From contig URUT01000001.1 in assembly GCA_900551105.1 (NCBI GenBank), forward strand, positions 857 to 64,856: a stretch of 64,000 nucleotides of DNA, written 5' to 3'. The translations under genes and the position numbers were made by a program. Of the stretch, positions 49,163-58,837 are shown one piece after another (within the stretch, counting starts at the first letter, position 1; each line of letters starts with the position of its first letter). Below the pieces are notes generated by a model that searched no databases, was not told the DNA's origin, and saw only the letters and a program-made list of their open reading frames with translations. The stretch comes from an uncultured Mycoplasmatota bacterium (GTDB lineage Bacteria; Bacillota_I; Bacilli_A; RF39; UBA660).

Positions 49163-50939
49163 TAAACCTGTTATCAATGACACTAAAACAGACTTTGGAA
49201 AAGAAATTAATAGACTATCAAAAGAATTAAACAAATACAAAGTTACAATTATTCTTTCTTTGATTTTTTCTACTATTAGTAGCATCCTAGCAATAATTAG
49301 TCCTAAAAAACTAGAAGAACTTACTAACACCATAATTAAAGGACTTACTGGAACTATTGACTTAGAAAAAATCACTCATATCATGACTGTTTTAATAATT
49401 ATTTATGTTGTAAGTGCGGTCTTTGACTTCTTTGAAAAATATTTAATGGTAGATGCTTGTTTAAAATTTGCTAAAGAACTTCGTAGTAAAATATCAAATA
49501 AAATAAATAAACTACCACTTAGATTTTTTGACAATCACGCAAGTGGAGACATTTTATCTGTTGTAACCAACGATGTAGATACCGTAAGTAGCAACCTAAA
49601 TAACAGTTTAGGCTTACTAGTTGGTTCTATCACACTATTAATTGGTTGTTTATTTATGATGTTTAAAACCAATTGGATTATGGCTCTAACCGCTATTTTC
49701 TCATCACTAATAGGTTTAGTATTCTTGGCAATTATTTTAAAAAAGAGTCAAAAATACTTTACAAAGCGTCAAGAAGAATTAGGTAAATTAAACGGACACA
49801 TAGAAGAAATCTATTCATCACAAACCCTAGTAAAAGCTTACAACGGGGAACAAGATGCTCTAGATAAATTTAATAAATTAAATGACAAAGTTTATACCTG
49901 TAACTTTAAAAGTCAATTTCTTGGTGGTTTAATGCCATCAATTATGGGATTTATCGGTAACTTTGGTTATGTATCAGTTTGCATCGTTGGTGCACTTCTT
50001 ACCATGAATAACAAGATCGAATTCGGAGTAATTGTTGCATTCTTTATGTACGTAAGACTATTTTCTAACCCATTATCACAAATAGCCCAAAGTTTAAATG
50101 GTCTTCAGTCCGTAGCTGCTGCCTCAAAAAGAGTATTTAATTTCTTAGATGAAAAAGAAATGACTAATGAAAGCGATAAAACTAAAAAGTTAGATCCAAA
50201 AGTTGTTAAAGGAAACATCACTTTTGAGCACGTTAAATTTGGCTACGACAAAAACAAAACTATCATCAAAGACTTTAATGCCACAGTAAAGCCAGGTGAA
50301 AAAATCGCTATTGTTGGTCCAACAGGTGCTGGTAAAACAACTATCGTTAACTTATTAATGAAATTCTACGAAATAACTGATGGTAAAATTACGATAGATG
50401 GGGTTAATATAAATGACCTAAAAAGAGAAAACATTCATGATTTATTTATCATGATTCTACAAGACACCTGGCTATTTAATGGTACTATTAGAGATAATAT
50501 TAAATATAATAATCGAGGAATAACCGATGAAGAAATTTGGAACGCATTAAAAATAGTAGGAACTGACCACTTTGTCAAAAGTTTACCTAATGGACTAGAT
50601 TATGAAATAACCGAAAGTGAAAGCATATCAGCAGGTCAAAGACAGCTTCTAACAATTGCTAGAGGTATGATTAAAAACGCACCATTCTTAATTTTAGATG
50701 AAGCAACCAGTAATGTTGATACTAGAACTGAAGAACTAGTTCAAAAAGCCATGGATAAACTTACTAAAGGAAGAACTTCATTCATCATTGCTCATCGCTT
50801 ATCAACCATTAAAAACGCTGATTTAATTCTAGTAATGAAAGATGGTAACATCATTGAGCAAGGAACTCATCAACAACTACTCAAACAAAATGGTTTCTAT
50901 GCCGAATTATATAACTCACAGTTTAGGGAAACTAAATAG
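49155..50939 (+). CDS. ABC transporter permease / ATP-binding protein (subunit 2)
   Basis: TM domain plus NBD (GPTGAGKTT, LSAGQRQ, LILDEATS) in a 594-aa ORF. Its start overlaps the stop of subunit 1. Confidence 0.85.
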   Translation: MHNKPVINDTKTDFGKEINRLSKELNKYKVTIILSLIFSTISSILAIISPKKLEELTNTIIKGLTGTIDLEKITHIMTVLIIIYVVSAVFDFFEKYLMVDACLKFAKELRSKISNKINKLPLRFFDNHASGDILSVVTNDVDTVSSNLNNSLGLLVGSITLLIGCLFMMFKTNWIMALTAIFSSLIGLVFLAIILKKSQKYFTKRQEELGKLNGHIEEIYSSQTLVKAYNGEQDALDKFNKLNDKVYTCNFKSQFLGGLMPSIMGFIGNFGYVSVCIVGALLTMNNKIEFGVIVAFFMYVRLFSNPLSQIAQSLNGLQSVAAASKRVFNFLDEKEMTNESDKTKKLDPKVVKGNITFEHVKFGYDKNKTIIKDFNATVKPGEKIAIVGPTGAGKTTIVNLLMKFYEITDGKITIDGVNINDLKRENIHDLFIMILQDTWLFNGTIRDNIKYNNRGITDEEIWNALKIVGTDHFVKSLPNGLDYEITESESISAGQRQLLTIARGMIKNAPFLILDEATSNVDTRTEELVQKAMDKLTKGRTSFIIAHRLSTIKNADLILVMKDGNIIEQGTHQQLLKQNGFYAELYNSQFRETK

Positions 50940-51025
50940 ACCACATGGTCTATTTTTATTTACAATAATAAAATTTTGTTGTATAATACTGTTCCTAAAA
51001 GCGAATTAAAAAGGAAAGTGATATC

Positions 51026-51514
51026 ATGTCAAAGAAAAACTCCAAACTTGCAAACCTAGAAGAAGAATTTAATGTAGAAACCTTGCAATTTATAAGTGAT
51101 GAAGATTTTTACAGTTTAATATTAAGATTTACTATCGCAAGAGACATATTTGCTGAAGAAAAAAAAGCTTATGCAGTTAAAAAGAAAAGATTTTCTATAA
51201 AATCTAGAGTCAGTGATGAAACTCTTGAATTAGAAAGATTTTTTAATAAAATAAAAATACTAATAGATGAAGAAAAGCAAAGAAGAAAAACTATAAAAAA
51301 CAAAAAAGCAGCACAGGCACCTATCGTTGAACTATATTTTAAAATGTTAAATGGTGACTTTTCTGAAGATATTAAAGATGAATATAAATCAGGTTTATTT
51401 AACCTAATTGAAAGTGATTATCACCTAGGTTGTTCTTCCTTTGAAGAAGCTTATGAGACTTTTAAAAATTTAATAAAAAATAATTTAAAGACAACATTAA
51501 AGGAGACTATCTAA
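51026..51514 (+). CDS. hypothetical protein, first gene of a three-gene operon
   Basis: 162-aa charged alpha-helical ORF. Its stop overlaps the next start. Confidence 0.35.
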   Translation: MSKKNSKLANLEEEFNVETLQFISDEDFYSLILRFTIARDIFAEEKKAYAVKKKRFSIKSRVSDETLELERFFNKIKILIDEEKQRRKTIKNKKAAQAPIVELYFKMLNGDFSEDIKDEYKSGLFNLIESDYHLGCSSFEEAYETFKNLIKNNLKTTLKETI

Positions 51515-52140
51515 TGGCAAAGATAATACCTGAAGAAGCCTACAAAGTATACTTAGCTTATCTAGATGACATAACTAATAGTTTAGATCTTATAACCGAA
51601 AATCTATATAGTAGAAGAACCCAAAACTTTAATGAATTATTACAAATACGTGAAAAACTTTTAGAAATATTAAATGGTTTATGTGAATTAGCAGACGTAA
51701 TGGAGTACTATCAAATAGAACTTGAAAAGCTAACCAAACTTAGTAACGTAGCAAACAAACTTTTAGGCAAAGCTTCTGAAAAATTAGCTTTAAAAGAAAA
51801 AGAAGGCGGAAGCAGGCTAAAACGCATTAGTAAAACTGGTATTGCAAAATTAAACATCGTAGAAAACCGTTTAAATGTTACCTATGAAAGAATCAAAAAA
51901 GCTAAAGGCCTAGAAAATATGTACTTAGAAGATCAAGAGGATGATCGTTTCCGCGAAGCAGTCGATATTGTTGGTCAAATTGTAAACGGACAAGACGTTC
52001 AAGTAGATGAAAATATAGCAGACATAGTTATCCTTCTTCTAGCAGAATCAGATGCAGAAAAAACTATGCCATTAAATGAATTACTTGCAATAAAAAAACA
52101 AAAATATCAAAAAGAAAATAAAAATTTAGGGGGGATTTAA
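51514..52140 (+). CDS. hypothetical protein, second gene of a three-gene operon
   Basis: 208-aa alpha-helical ORF with no motif. It is translationally coupled (ATGG overlap upstream, 2-nt gap downstream). Confidence 0.35.
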   Translation: MAKIIPEEAYKVYLAYLDDITNSLDLITENLYSRRTQNFNELLQIREKLLEILNGLCELADVMEYYQIELEKLTKLSNVANKLLGKASEKLALKEKEGGSRLKRISKTGIAKLNIVENRLNVTYERIKKAKGLENMYLEDQEDDRFREAVDIVGQIVNGQDVQVDENIADIVILLLAESDAEKTMPLNELLAIKKQKYQKENKNLGGI

Positions 52141-52141
52141 T

Positions 52142-52909
52142 ATGGAAAAACAAAAAGAAAATACTAAAAAAACCAATTTGGAACTCGCACAAAAAAATTT
52201 GACTGAGGCTTCTACAATATTAGATGAAATTCAAAATGCTTTATATCTTGATAAAGATAGAGATGCTAGCGATCCATATGCTTTATATAACGAAGCTACT
52301 AGATGTGCAGTTTTAATTGACGAAAGCAGAAAATATATCGCAAGTATTGCAACACAAAAATTGAAAATATCTAATATTACCGATATAATTAACTTAATAG
52401 GTGCTATTCTCACACTTATTACAGTTATTATCTTCGGCTCACCAGTAATTGTGCCAACCTTAGTAGCTTATGTACTAATGAAAATAACTATTAGTAAAGT
52501 AAAAAGTACTCAGCTATCTGATGCAGATGAACTTCAAAGTGTAATGGATTGTGTAAATGCCTTATCATCTAGAGCAGCTAATTATTTAGAAACGATTAAT
52601 CTTCGTGCTCAAAAAAATGCGAAAGAAGACTTAAAAATTCCCACAGGATTTACTAAACAGTTTGAACAAGCTATTGAAATAATTAACTATTATCTTCCAA
52701 ATGGAAAGTTACCTGATAACTACCAAAGTTTTGATGATATTCCACTAGATGTTAAAGTAATGCTAACAACACTTCTTTCAGGCACTGAAAAAAATAATAA
52801 CGTTAAAATGCTATTAGATGAATCTCATCAAAAATATATGAAAGCAAACAGTGCAACTACAAAAGTATTACAAAAAGAAAATGCTTCAAATAAAAAATCA
52901 ATCACCTAA
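52142..52909 (+). CDS. hypothetical membrane-anchored protein, third gene of a three-gene operon
   Basis: 255-aa ORF with a single central TM (IINLIGAILTLITVIIFGSPVIVPTLVAYVLM) flanked by helical regions. Confidence 0.35.
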   Translation: MEKQKENTKKTNLELAQKNLTEASTILDEIQNALYLDKDRDASDPYALYNEATRCAVLIDESRKYIASIATQKLKISNITDIINLIGAILTLITVIIFGSPVIVPTLVAYVLMKITISKVKSTQLSDADELQSVMDCVNALSSRAANYLETINLRAQKNAKEDLKIPTGFTKQFEQAIEIINYYLPNGKLPDNYQSFDDIPLDVKVMLTTLLSGTEKNNNVKMLLDESHQKYMKANSATTKVLQKENASNKKSIT

Positions 52910-52971
52910 GATTGATTTTTTTGTATAAAAATAAAATATATTCTCATAATAATAGCAGAAAAGAGGAAAAA

Positions 52972-53508
52972 ATGAAAAGAAAGAGACTAATAATTGTACT
53001 GTTGTTATTAATTGGTTTAACTGGTTGTGCTTTTGGAAGCTCACCAAAAAGTAGAGTAGAAAACTTACTAAACAAATACCAAATGAATGCAAGTGACGTT
53101 AAAAGTGAACTAGATGACTTTTTAAATACCTTAAGTATTGACACTGACTTCAAAGAAGATTATCGCAAAGTCTATGAAAAACAATATAGTGATTTAAAAT
53201 ACAAAATTAAAGATGAAACAATCGATGGTGACAAAGCAACAGTTAAAGCTGAAATAGAAGTGTATGATTATTACAAAGCCGAAAATGATGCAAGCAGTTA
53301 TATAGCTGCTAATCCAAATGAATTTAATGAAGATGGCGTTTATAGTGTGAAAAAAGGTTTAGAATACAAAATCAAACAGTACACTAATAGTAACGATAGA
53401 GTAACTTACACAATTGACTTTACTCTTACAAAAAATAATAATAAATGGACAATTGACCCGTTAACAGATGATGAACTGGCCAAATTACACGGAACTTATG
53501 CTCACTAA
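52972..53508 (+). CDS. lipoprotein, hypothetical
   Basis: MKRKRLIIVLLLLIGLTGCAFG lipobox after RBS AGAGGAAAAAATG, in a 178-aa ORF. Confidence 0.5.
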   Translation: MKRKRLIIVLLLLIGLTGCAFGSSPKSRVENLLNKYQMNASDVKSELDDFLNTLSIDTDFKEDYRKVYEKQYSDLKYKIKDETIDGDKATVKAEIEVYDYYKAENDASSYIAANPNEFNEDGVYSVKKGLEYKIKQYTNSNDRVTYTIDFTLTKNNNKWTIDPLTDDELAKLHGTYAH

Positions 53509-53556
53509 GTTCTTTTTTTTAAGCACAAACTATGATATTATTTTATTGGTGATTTT

Positions 53557-53982
53557 ATGCAAGATTTATTTAATGAATTATTTGATTTTAATGATTATAG
53601 ATATTTTTATCATATTACAGGCCACGGAGTAGGTGAAAGTATAATAGAAAATGGTCTACTTATGGCTGAAAAAGAATACTATACAACAATGGTTGAAATT
53701 ACACCTGACATGATAACAGACCCTGAAAAGTTTTTAACTGATGAAAAAGGTTTTGGTGCAATGGAAAGAGATGAAATGGTCTTAATTAGAGTACCTAAAA
53801 GTATGGGTTATGACTTTATAACCCCACTAAGTAAAGGATCTACCGATATTTTTGAAGATGACAAATATGCATCATTTGTTCCAAGTGACTTCATTTTAGG
53901 TTACTTTGATTTAGATACACTAGACTTTACCCCAAACAACTATACAATAGAAGAAATTGAAGACTACCACTACGAGGTATAA
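53557..53982 (+). CDS. hypothetical protein
   Basis: 141-aa acidic ORF with no motif. Confidence 0.3.
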   Translation: MQDLFNELFDFNDYRYFYHITGHGVGESIIENGLLMAEKEYYTTMVEITPDMITDPEKFLTDEKGFGAMERDEMVLIRVPKSMGYDFITPLSKGSTDIFEDDKYASFVPSDFILGYFDLDTLDFTPNNYTIEEIEDYHYEV

Positions 53983-53983
53983 T

Positions 53984-54808
53984 ATGGAAAAATATAAAGA
54001 AATAGAGCGCTCAATAATTAAAAAATATCGCAAAGAAATTTGGGCAAAATTCGTAAAAGCAGTAAAAGAATATGAACTAATAAAACCAAATGATAACATC
54101 ATGGTTTGCATAAGCGGTGGTAAAGATTCCTTTTTACTAGCAAAATGTATAGAAGAACTAAACAAACATGGAGACATTCAATTTAAAGCAAAATGTGTTT
54201 GTATGAACCCCGGTTACAGTGAAGAAAATATTAATAAAATCAAAGAAAATGCTCAAAAACTAAACATAGATTTAGAGATATTTTCAAGTGATATTTTCAA
54301 AGTTATAGATAGTGGCATCTTTAAAAGTCCATGTTACTTCTGTGCTAGAATGCGCCGTGGGCATCTTTATAATAAAGCTAAAGAATTAGGATGTAATAAA
54401 ATTGCTCTAGGACACCACTTTGATGATGTCATTGAAACTACGCTTTTATCAATGTTTTATGGCTCTGAAATCAAAACAATGATGCCAAAACTAAAAAGTG
54501 ATAACTACGAGGGCCTAGAACTCATAAGACCTCTATACTTAATTAAAGAAAGCGACATCATCTCTTGGAAAACTTATAATGAACTTGTATTCTTAAACTG
54601 TGCTTGTTCCTTTACGACCAAAGATGCCCAAGAAAAAATAAGCAAACGAAGAGAAATGAAAGAACTAATTAAGAACTTAAGAAAAGTTAATAAAGACATC
54701 GACTATAACATTTTTAAATCTTTAGATAACGTCAATTTAAACTGCGTGCTAGGAACAACAACTAATGGAATTCATAAAAGTTTTTTAGAAGACTACGAAA
54801 ATAAATAA
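53984..54808 (+). CDS. ttcA: PP-loop ATPase, tRNA 2-thiocytidine synthetase TtcA-like
   Basis: PP-loop SGGKDS in MVCISGGKDSFLLAK, CxxC pair (CYFCARMRRG), GHHFDD and a second Cys cluster (CACS). Start at ATG 53984 after RBS GAGGT. Confidence 0.65.
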   Translation: MEKYKEIERSIIKKYRKEIWAKFVKAVKEYELIKPNDNIMVCISGGKDSFLLAKCIEELNKHGDIQFKAKCVCMNPGYSEENINKIKENAQKLNIDLEIFSSDIFKVIDSGIFKSPCYFCARMRRGHLYNKAKELGCNKIALGHHFDDVIETTLLSMFYGSEIKTMMPKLKSDNYEGLELIRPLYLIKESDIISWKTYNELVFLNCACSFTTKDAQEKISKRREMKELIKNLRKVNKDIDYNIFKSLDNVNLNCVLGTTTNGIHKSFLEDYENK

Positions 54809-54850
54809 CAAGTAGTCTTTTTTATGCTATCTTTGAATACTTTTTATTAG

Positions 54851-55261
54851 GTGATAAAGTTGAAAAAAATAATTATATTGCTCTTAATATTAATAATTCC
54901 AGTAACAGTAAAAGCTGAAGAGTTAGACATTACTGCTAAGTCTAGTATACTAATAGAAGCTTCAACCGGTGAAATATTAAGTGAAAAAAATAGCGATGAA
55001 AAGCTTGCTCCTGCATCTATGACTAAAATCATGACAATGCTTCTAATTATGGAAAGCCTTGAAAAAAATGAATATAGTCTAGAAGATAAAGTAAATATCA
55101 GTACTAATGCCGCAAGCATGGGAGGAAGTCAAGTCTTTCTAGAGGCAGGTTCTGAACTAAAAGTAAAAGAACTACTAAAAGCAATTGCTATCGCATCCGC
55201 TAATGATGTAGTAGTGACAAAAAAGCAGTCGCAAGTTATAGGCGAAGAAATAATAATATAA
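54851..55261 (+). pseudogene. dacA: D-alanyl-D-alanine carboxypeptidase (PBP5/DacA-like) gene truncated after about 136 codons
   Basis: Signal peptide, SxxK active site (PASMTKIMT) and alignment to B. subtilis DacA through ...AIAIASAND. The frame then stops after GEEIII, although full-length DacA homologues run about 380-440 aa. The downstream DNA encodes an unrelated Rep-like gene. Confidence 0.55.
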
Positions 55262-55311
55262 CTACTTTAAAACCTTATATTTTAGAGTATTATTATAAAT
55301 TGTATATATAA

Positions 55312-55338
55312 TTAAAAAGCCGATTAGGCTTTTTTTTG
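55312..55338 (+). terminator. intrinsic terminator
   Basis: AAAAGCCGATTAGGCTTTTTTTT, with stem AGCC / GGCT. Confidence 0.5.
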
Positions 55339-55350
55339 GAGGTGAATTCA

Positions 55351-56109
55351 ATGTCAATTTTTAAGATAGAAAAAAATAAAAATTATACAGTTATGAGTAA
55401 TCATCACTTAAGAGATAAAAATTTAAGTTATAAGGCTAAGGGATTGTTGTCATTTATGTTATCATTGCCAGAAGATTGGGACTACTCAATGAATGGGTTA
55501 GAATCAATAAGCAAAGAAAGCATAAAAGCAATTAGGAATATACTTCAAGAATTAGAAGAAAATAAGTATTTGATAAGAACAAGAATGCAAGATAATGAAG
55601 GGAAATTTTATTATGATTATTCAATTTACGAAATACCATTTGATATAAACCCGTATTACCAAAAAGGGCATACGGTAAAAGGGCGTACCGAAAAGGACAT
55701 ACAAATAAATACTAATAAACAAAATACTAAAAAACAAATAGATAAAGATGATAAAACCAAAATATCATCTTTTTTTGTGCCAGAAGAACATAATATTTTA
55801 ACCTTAGAATTAATTGATAAGGGTTTTATAAAAAAAGAAGATATACAAATTTTTTATTATGATAATCTATTTGAACAGTTAATACAAGATGGCAACTCTT
55901 ATAAAGATTTAGTTAAAATAATTCATTATATAATTCCGAGAGTTTTAAAAAGAAATTTTAAAGATGAAGATGGTAATGAAATAGAAAATAAGTTTGGATA
56001 TTTTAAAAATGCAATTATTAGCAATATAAATAAACTTAATACGGATATAGAAGATTTATGGGGAGAAGAAGAACTAGAAGATATATATAGTTCCAATATG
56101 GAAAGATAA
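55351..56109 (+). CDS. plasmid / ICE-type replication initiator-like protein (RepA_N / DnaD-like winged-helix N-domain)
   Basis: YTVMSNHHLRDKNLSYKAKGLLSFMLSLPEDWDYSMNGLESISKESIKAIRNILQELEENKYLIRTR matches the conserved N-terminus of Firmicute plasmid/phage Rep proteins (Y..v.N.l.rd..LS.kAKGl.afm.SlP.dW.f...gL.......k.ai...i.eLe..gYl.R). RBS GGAGG lies 8 nt before the ATG. Confidence 0.6.
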   Translation: MSIFKIEKNKNYTVMSNHHLRDKNLSYKAKGLLSFMLSLPEDWDYSMNGLESISKESIKAIRNILQELEENKYLIRTRMQDNEGKFYYDYSIYEIPFDINPYYQKGHTVKGRTEKDIQINTNKQNTKKQIDKDDKTKISSFFVPEEHNILTLELIDKGFIKKEDIQIFYYDNLFEQLIQDGNSYKDLVKIIHYIIPRVLKRNFKDEDGNEIENKFGYFKNAIISNINKLNTDIEDLWGEEELEDIYSSNMER

Positions 56110-56296
56110 GCATAAAAAAATCGTCTCTAAACTAGCAGACGATCTACTTCTCAGTTGAAAAATACTACATTACTGCATCAACTGAATCAAATTCACACGA
56201 TACTACATATGCTATTTGATAAATCAATAATAACACAAAAATTGCCTTAATGCAACAAAAAAATCCAAAATACTCCACTTTTTTTGTCAAAATCTA

Positions 56297-56324
56297 TTGA
56301 CTTTTCTTTTTAAAACTATATAAT
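56297..56324 (+). promoter_or_regulatory. strong sigma-A promoter of the island operon
   Basis: TTGACT, 16 nt, TATAAT. The greA-like start at 56384 follows after RBS AAAGGGGGAA. Confidence 0.55.
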
Positions 56325-56383
56325 AAATAATCGGTAAGACCAAATATCTATTTAATAATAATCTTTGAAAGGGGGAATAATAA

Positions 56384-56932
56384 ATGAAAAATAATGAAGA
56401 AAAGTTATATTTAGATAATGATGGCTATCAGAGATTACTTGAAGAAATAGATTTATTAAAGGCAAAACTTGCAAAAAATGGAAAAGAAAAAGGAGAAGCC
56501 TATTCTGGTGCAGTAGGTGACGGATGGCACGATAATTTTGCTTTTGATGAAGCCAATATGCAAGAAAGAATGATTTTAGGTCAACTTAAAGAATGTTACC
56601 AAAAATTAGAAAGAGCAGTAATTGTAGAAAGACACGATGATGAAACATTAGTTGATGTCAACGATATTGTTACAGTAGATATGATTTTCGGACCTGATGA
56701 TAGTGAAGAATTAGAATTTAAATTAGTTGGCTCTGTAGGATCACACACTTCTGATAATAGTGGTATTCAAGAAGTTTCAATTAATAGTCCATTGGGTAAG
56801 TCAGTTTACCATAAAAAAGTCGGAGAATCAGCAAGTTATAAAGTTGAGAGTAGAATCTTTAACATAGAAATTTTATCAAAGGTTTCTGAAAAAGATTTAG
56901 AAAGTGGAATTCAAAGAAAAAAAACTAGATAA
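56384..56932 (+). CDS. GreA/GreB-family (Rnk-like) transcription factor
   Basis: N-terminal coiled coil (GYQRLLEEIDLLKAKLAK) and C-terminal FKBP-like Gre domain (VSINSPLGKSVYHKKVGESASYKVESRIFNIEIL matches iS..SPlG.allGkkvGd......p.g...y.I..i), in a 182-aa ORF. Confidence 0.65.
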   Translation: MKNNEEKLYLDNDGYQRLLEEIDLLKAKLAKNGKEKGEAYSGAVGDGWHDNFAFDEANMQERMILGQLKECYQKLERAVIVERHDDETLVDVNDIVTVDMIFGPDDSEELEFKLVGSVGSHTSDNSGIQEVSINSPLGKSVYHKKVGESASYKVESRIFNIEILSKVSEKDLESGIQRKKTR

Positions 56933-56948
56933 TATAAGGAGGGCAATT

Positions 56949-57074
56949 ATGAACAAATTTATTGTAAAATTAAAAGAAAAACAAAAATATAAAGAATTAA
57001 AAACTAGTGTTTGTTCATCAAAAAATGAATTATTTTGTTGTCCCCTAAAAAAATATTTAAAGAGTATCAATTAG
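56949..57074 (+). CDS. 41-aa Lys-rich, Cys-containing peptide MNKFIVKLKEKQKYKELKTSVCSSKNELFCCPLKKYLKSIN: candidate precursor or leader peptide
   Basis: Near-perfect RBS AAGGAGGG lies 5 nt before the ATG. Its last codons form the 5' arm of a terminator hairpin, and the ORF sits between greA-like and the biosynthetic operon. Cys are at positions 22, 31 and 32 (tandem TGT TGT). Confidence 0.45.
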   Translation: MNKFIVKLKEKQKYKELKTSVCSSKNELFCCPLKKYLKSIN

Positions 57075-57107
57075 TTAACAATTTTAGCTTTTGATACTCT
57101 TTTTTTC
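57059..57107 (+). terminator. intrinsic terminator / attenuator between the peptide ORF and the downstream operon
   Basis: Twelve-bp stem AAAGAGTATCAA / TTGATACTCTTT with a 20-nt loop, then TTTTTC. The 5' arm contains the peptide stop codon. Confidence 0.6.
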
Positions 57108-57124
57108 AAATGTAAGGGTTTAAG

Positions 57125-58837
57125 GTGATGAAAATGAAAGAAGAAAAATTTCCAATTATAAAGGCTGGATACATATTTAATAAATTTAATGCTAAAGTAA
57201 ATATTCCAGTAATATTAAATAAACAAGAAGTTGAAATTAAATATCCGTGTAGGCTAGATGCAATGGCTATAAATCCAGCGGCAGTTTGTTATAATGATAG
57301 TATGGTTTTTACTCCTGGTGAAGTAGTAATATCGCTAAAAAAATTTATAAAGGTTAAAATTACTGTAAAAAGTGAAAGTGGAGGACAATTGAATATCTCC
57401 AAACGAACAAAAAGAAAAGTTTTAGTAAAGCATTCTTACTTATTAATGTGTAATGCTTTAAATATCTCTCCTTCTTTGGATATTGATGTTGATGATGATG
57501 ATATACCAAAACATTGTGGTTTTGGATCAAGCAGTTCTACAATATCTGCTGTTGCTTCTGCTATTAATGAACTATATTCGTGTCCAATTAATGATAAAGA
57601 TTTAATTATATATTTAGCATCTAATCACGGAGAAGAAATCTCTGACAATGATGAAGAAAATTTAAAAGTAGTTCAATGTATTGGTGGTGGTGCTACTAAT
57701 GGGTTAACTGAAGAAGGCATTATAATTATTGCAGGTAAATCAACTGCTATTGCTAAAATGAAATATGAATCAGAAGTGTTAATAGGTTTTCCAAATGACT
57801 TTGTTCAAAAAGATGCTAAAGTATTAATGGAACTAGAAGAAAAAAATTTATGGAAGTTTAAAAAGACTGGCGAAGAATATGCTGAAAAAATAGCATACGA
57901 TTTACTACATAAAGCATTACCAGATATGGCTAATGGTAATATAAAAGAATTAGCTGATGTTGTATTTGATTATAGATTTAATATGGGAAGTAATGAAAAT
58001 TGTTCATTTGTTTATGACGGGTTAATGAATATTAGTGATAAAATAAGAAAACTCTATGAAAATAATGACTGTGAATTTTTAGCATTGTCTTCTGTTGGTC
58101 CTGCATTCTTTGTATTAGTAAAGAATGAAAATCAAAAAAAGAAATGTAAAGAATTTATGGAAAAATTAGATTTAAAAGTAATTGAATCATCTGTTTGTAA
58201 TACCAAATATATAGTTTCTAAATTTTCTAATGCACAATGTTTTTGGGAAAAAGAAAATGTTGGAGAGTCATTTAGAACACGAAAGCCATCAAAATATATT
58301 ACGGATCAAATTGATGCTTTAAATGTATCAGATAAAAAGTGTATCGATATAGGATGTGGTGGTGGAAGATATTCCAAATATTTACATCAAATGAAAGCAA
58401 ATGTATTAGCAATTGATAAATATCAAGAGATGTTTGATCATAATTCAAATATAAACTTTGTTCAATGTAAAATGGATAATATTCCTGTGGTTGAAAATTC
58501 ATATTATTTAGCATTATCTATTGGAGTAATACATAATGCCATAACAATTGAAGAATATAAAAATTCATTAAAAGAAATTTATAGAATTCTTAATAAAGAT
58601 GGATATGCGATATTATCGACATTTACAAATGATGTTATTACTAGTGATTTGATAAAAACAGGGGAAAATACTTATTTAATTAAAGATAGACCACCAATGG
58701 TATTATTGAGTAAAGAACAAATACAAGATTATGTGTCTGAGGTTGGATTTACAATAATTAAAATAGTTGATGAACATATAACTGATGTTGGAAGTGGAGA
58801 AAGAAATGTTTATACAGTCCTTATTAAAAAACAGTAA
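57125..58837 (+). CDS. two-domain enzyme: N-terminal GHMP-kinase-fold domain plus C-terminal class I SAM-dependent methyltransferase
   Basis: GHMP ATP-binding motif PKHCGFGSSSSTISAVASAI at about aa 128. C-terminal MTase motif I CIDIGCGGGRYSKYL, post-I acidic residue (LAIDKY) and motif II region. 570-aa ORF. Confidence 0.6.
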   Translation: MMKMKEEKFPIIKAGYIFNKFNAKVNIPVILNKQEVEIKYPCRLDAMAINPAAVCYNDSMVFTPGEVVISLKKFIKVKITVKSESGGQLNISKRTKRKVLVKHSYLLMCNALNISPSLDIDVDDDDIPKHCGFGSSSSTISAVASAINELYSCPINDKDLIIYLASNHGEEISDNDEENLKVVQCIGGGATNGLTEEGIIIIAGKSTAIAKMKYESEVLIGFPNDFVQKDAKVLMELEEKNLWKFKKTGEEYAEKIAYDLLHKALPDMANGNIKELADVVFDYRFNMGSNENCSFVYDGLMNISDKIRKLYENNDCEFLALSSVGPAFFVLVKNENQKKKCKEFMEKLDLKVIESSVCNTKYIVSKFSNAQCFWEKENVGESFRTRKPSKYITDQIDALNVSDKKCIDIGCGGGRYSKYLHQMKANVLAIDKYQEMFDHNSNINFVQCKMDNIPVVENSYYLALSIGVIHNAITIEEYKNSLKEIYRILNKDGYAILSTFTNDVITSDLIKTGENTYLIKDRPPMVLLSKEQIQDYVSEVGFTIIKIVDEHITDVGSGERNVYTVLIKKQ

